DNA of 64,000 nucleotides from the human T2T-CHM13v2.0 reference genome, Homo sapiens. The first letter of the stretch is position 1, and every line of letters begins with the position of its first letter. The stretch lies in assembly GCF_009914755.1 (NCBI RefSeq), contig NC_060938.1; one strand, given 5' to 3'. Positions 63,557 to 64,000 of this stretch are shown in pieces. The notes below the pieces were generated by a model. That model was given only the letters and a program-made list of their open reading frames with translations, did no database searches and was not told the origin of the DNA. The translations under genes were made by a program, and so were the position numbers.

Positions 63557-64000
<444 letters not shown>

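Overview
Primate (almost certainly human) genomic DNA lying entirely inside CCDC88C (DAPLE, a HOOK-domain/coiled-coil Dishevelled-binding protein), transcribed on the minus strand. Seven coding exons (numbered 4-10 from my recollection of the protein, about aa 91-350) sit at 24881-24950, 8841-8899, 7622-7705, 5126-5266, 4520-4704, 3731-3812 and 3247-3405. All have canonical GT-AG sites and join into one 780-nt open frame. Positions 24951-64000 are part of the long phase-0 intron upstream of exon 4. The remainder is intronic DNA with about 32 Alu pieces, L1, L2, MIR, hAT-Charlie DNA transposon fossils and simple repeats; repeat families and boundaries were assigned by eye. Two composite retroelement structures stand out. 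(1) A 5'-truncated NAP1L1 retrocopy sits inside a free left Alu monomer. The Alu supplies a phase-0 splice acceptor in frame with the NAP1L1 acidic tail and CKQQ prenylation motif, and the retrocopy supplies stop and AATAAA, so together they form a candidate chimeric terminal exon for CCDC88C. (2) A tail-less, TSD-less internal L1 fragment appears to patch a deletion inside a nested inverted Alu pair. No rRNA, tRNA, CRISPR or prokaryotic features were seen.
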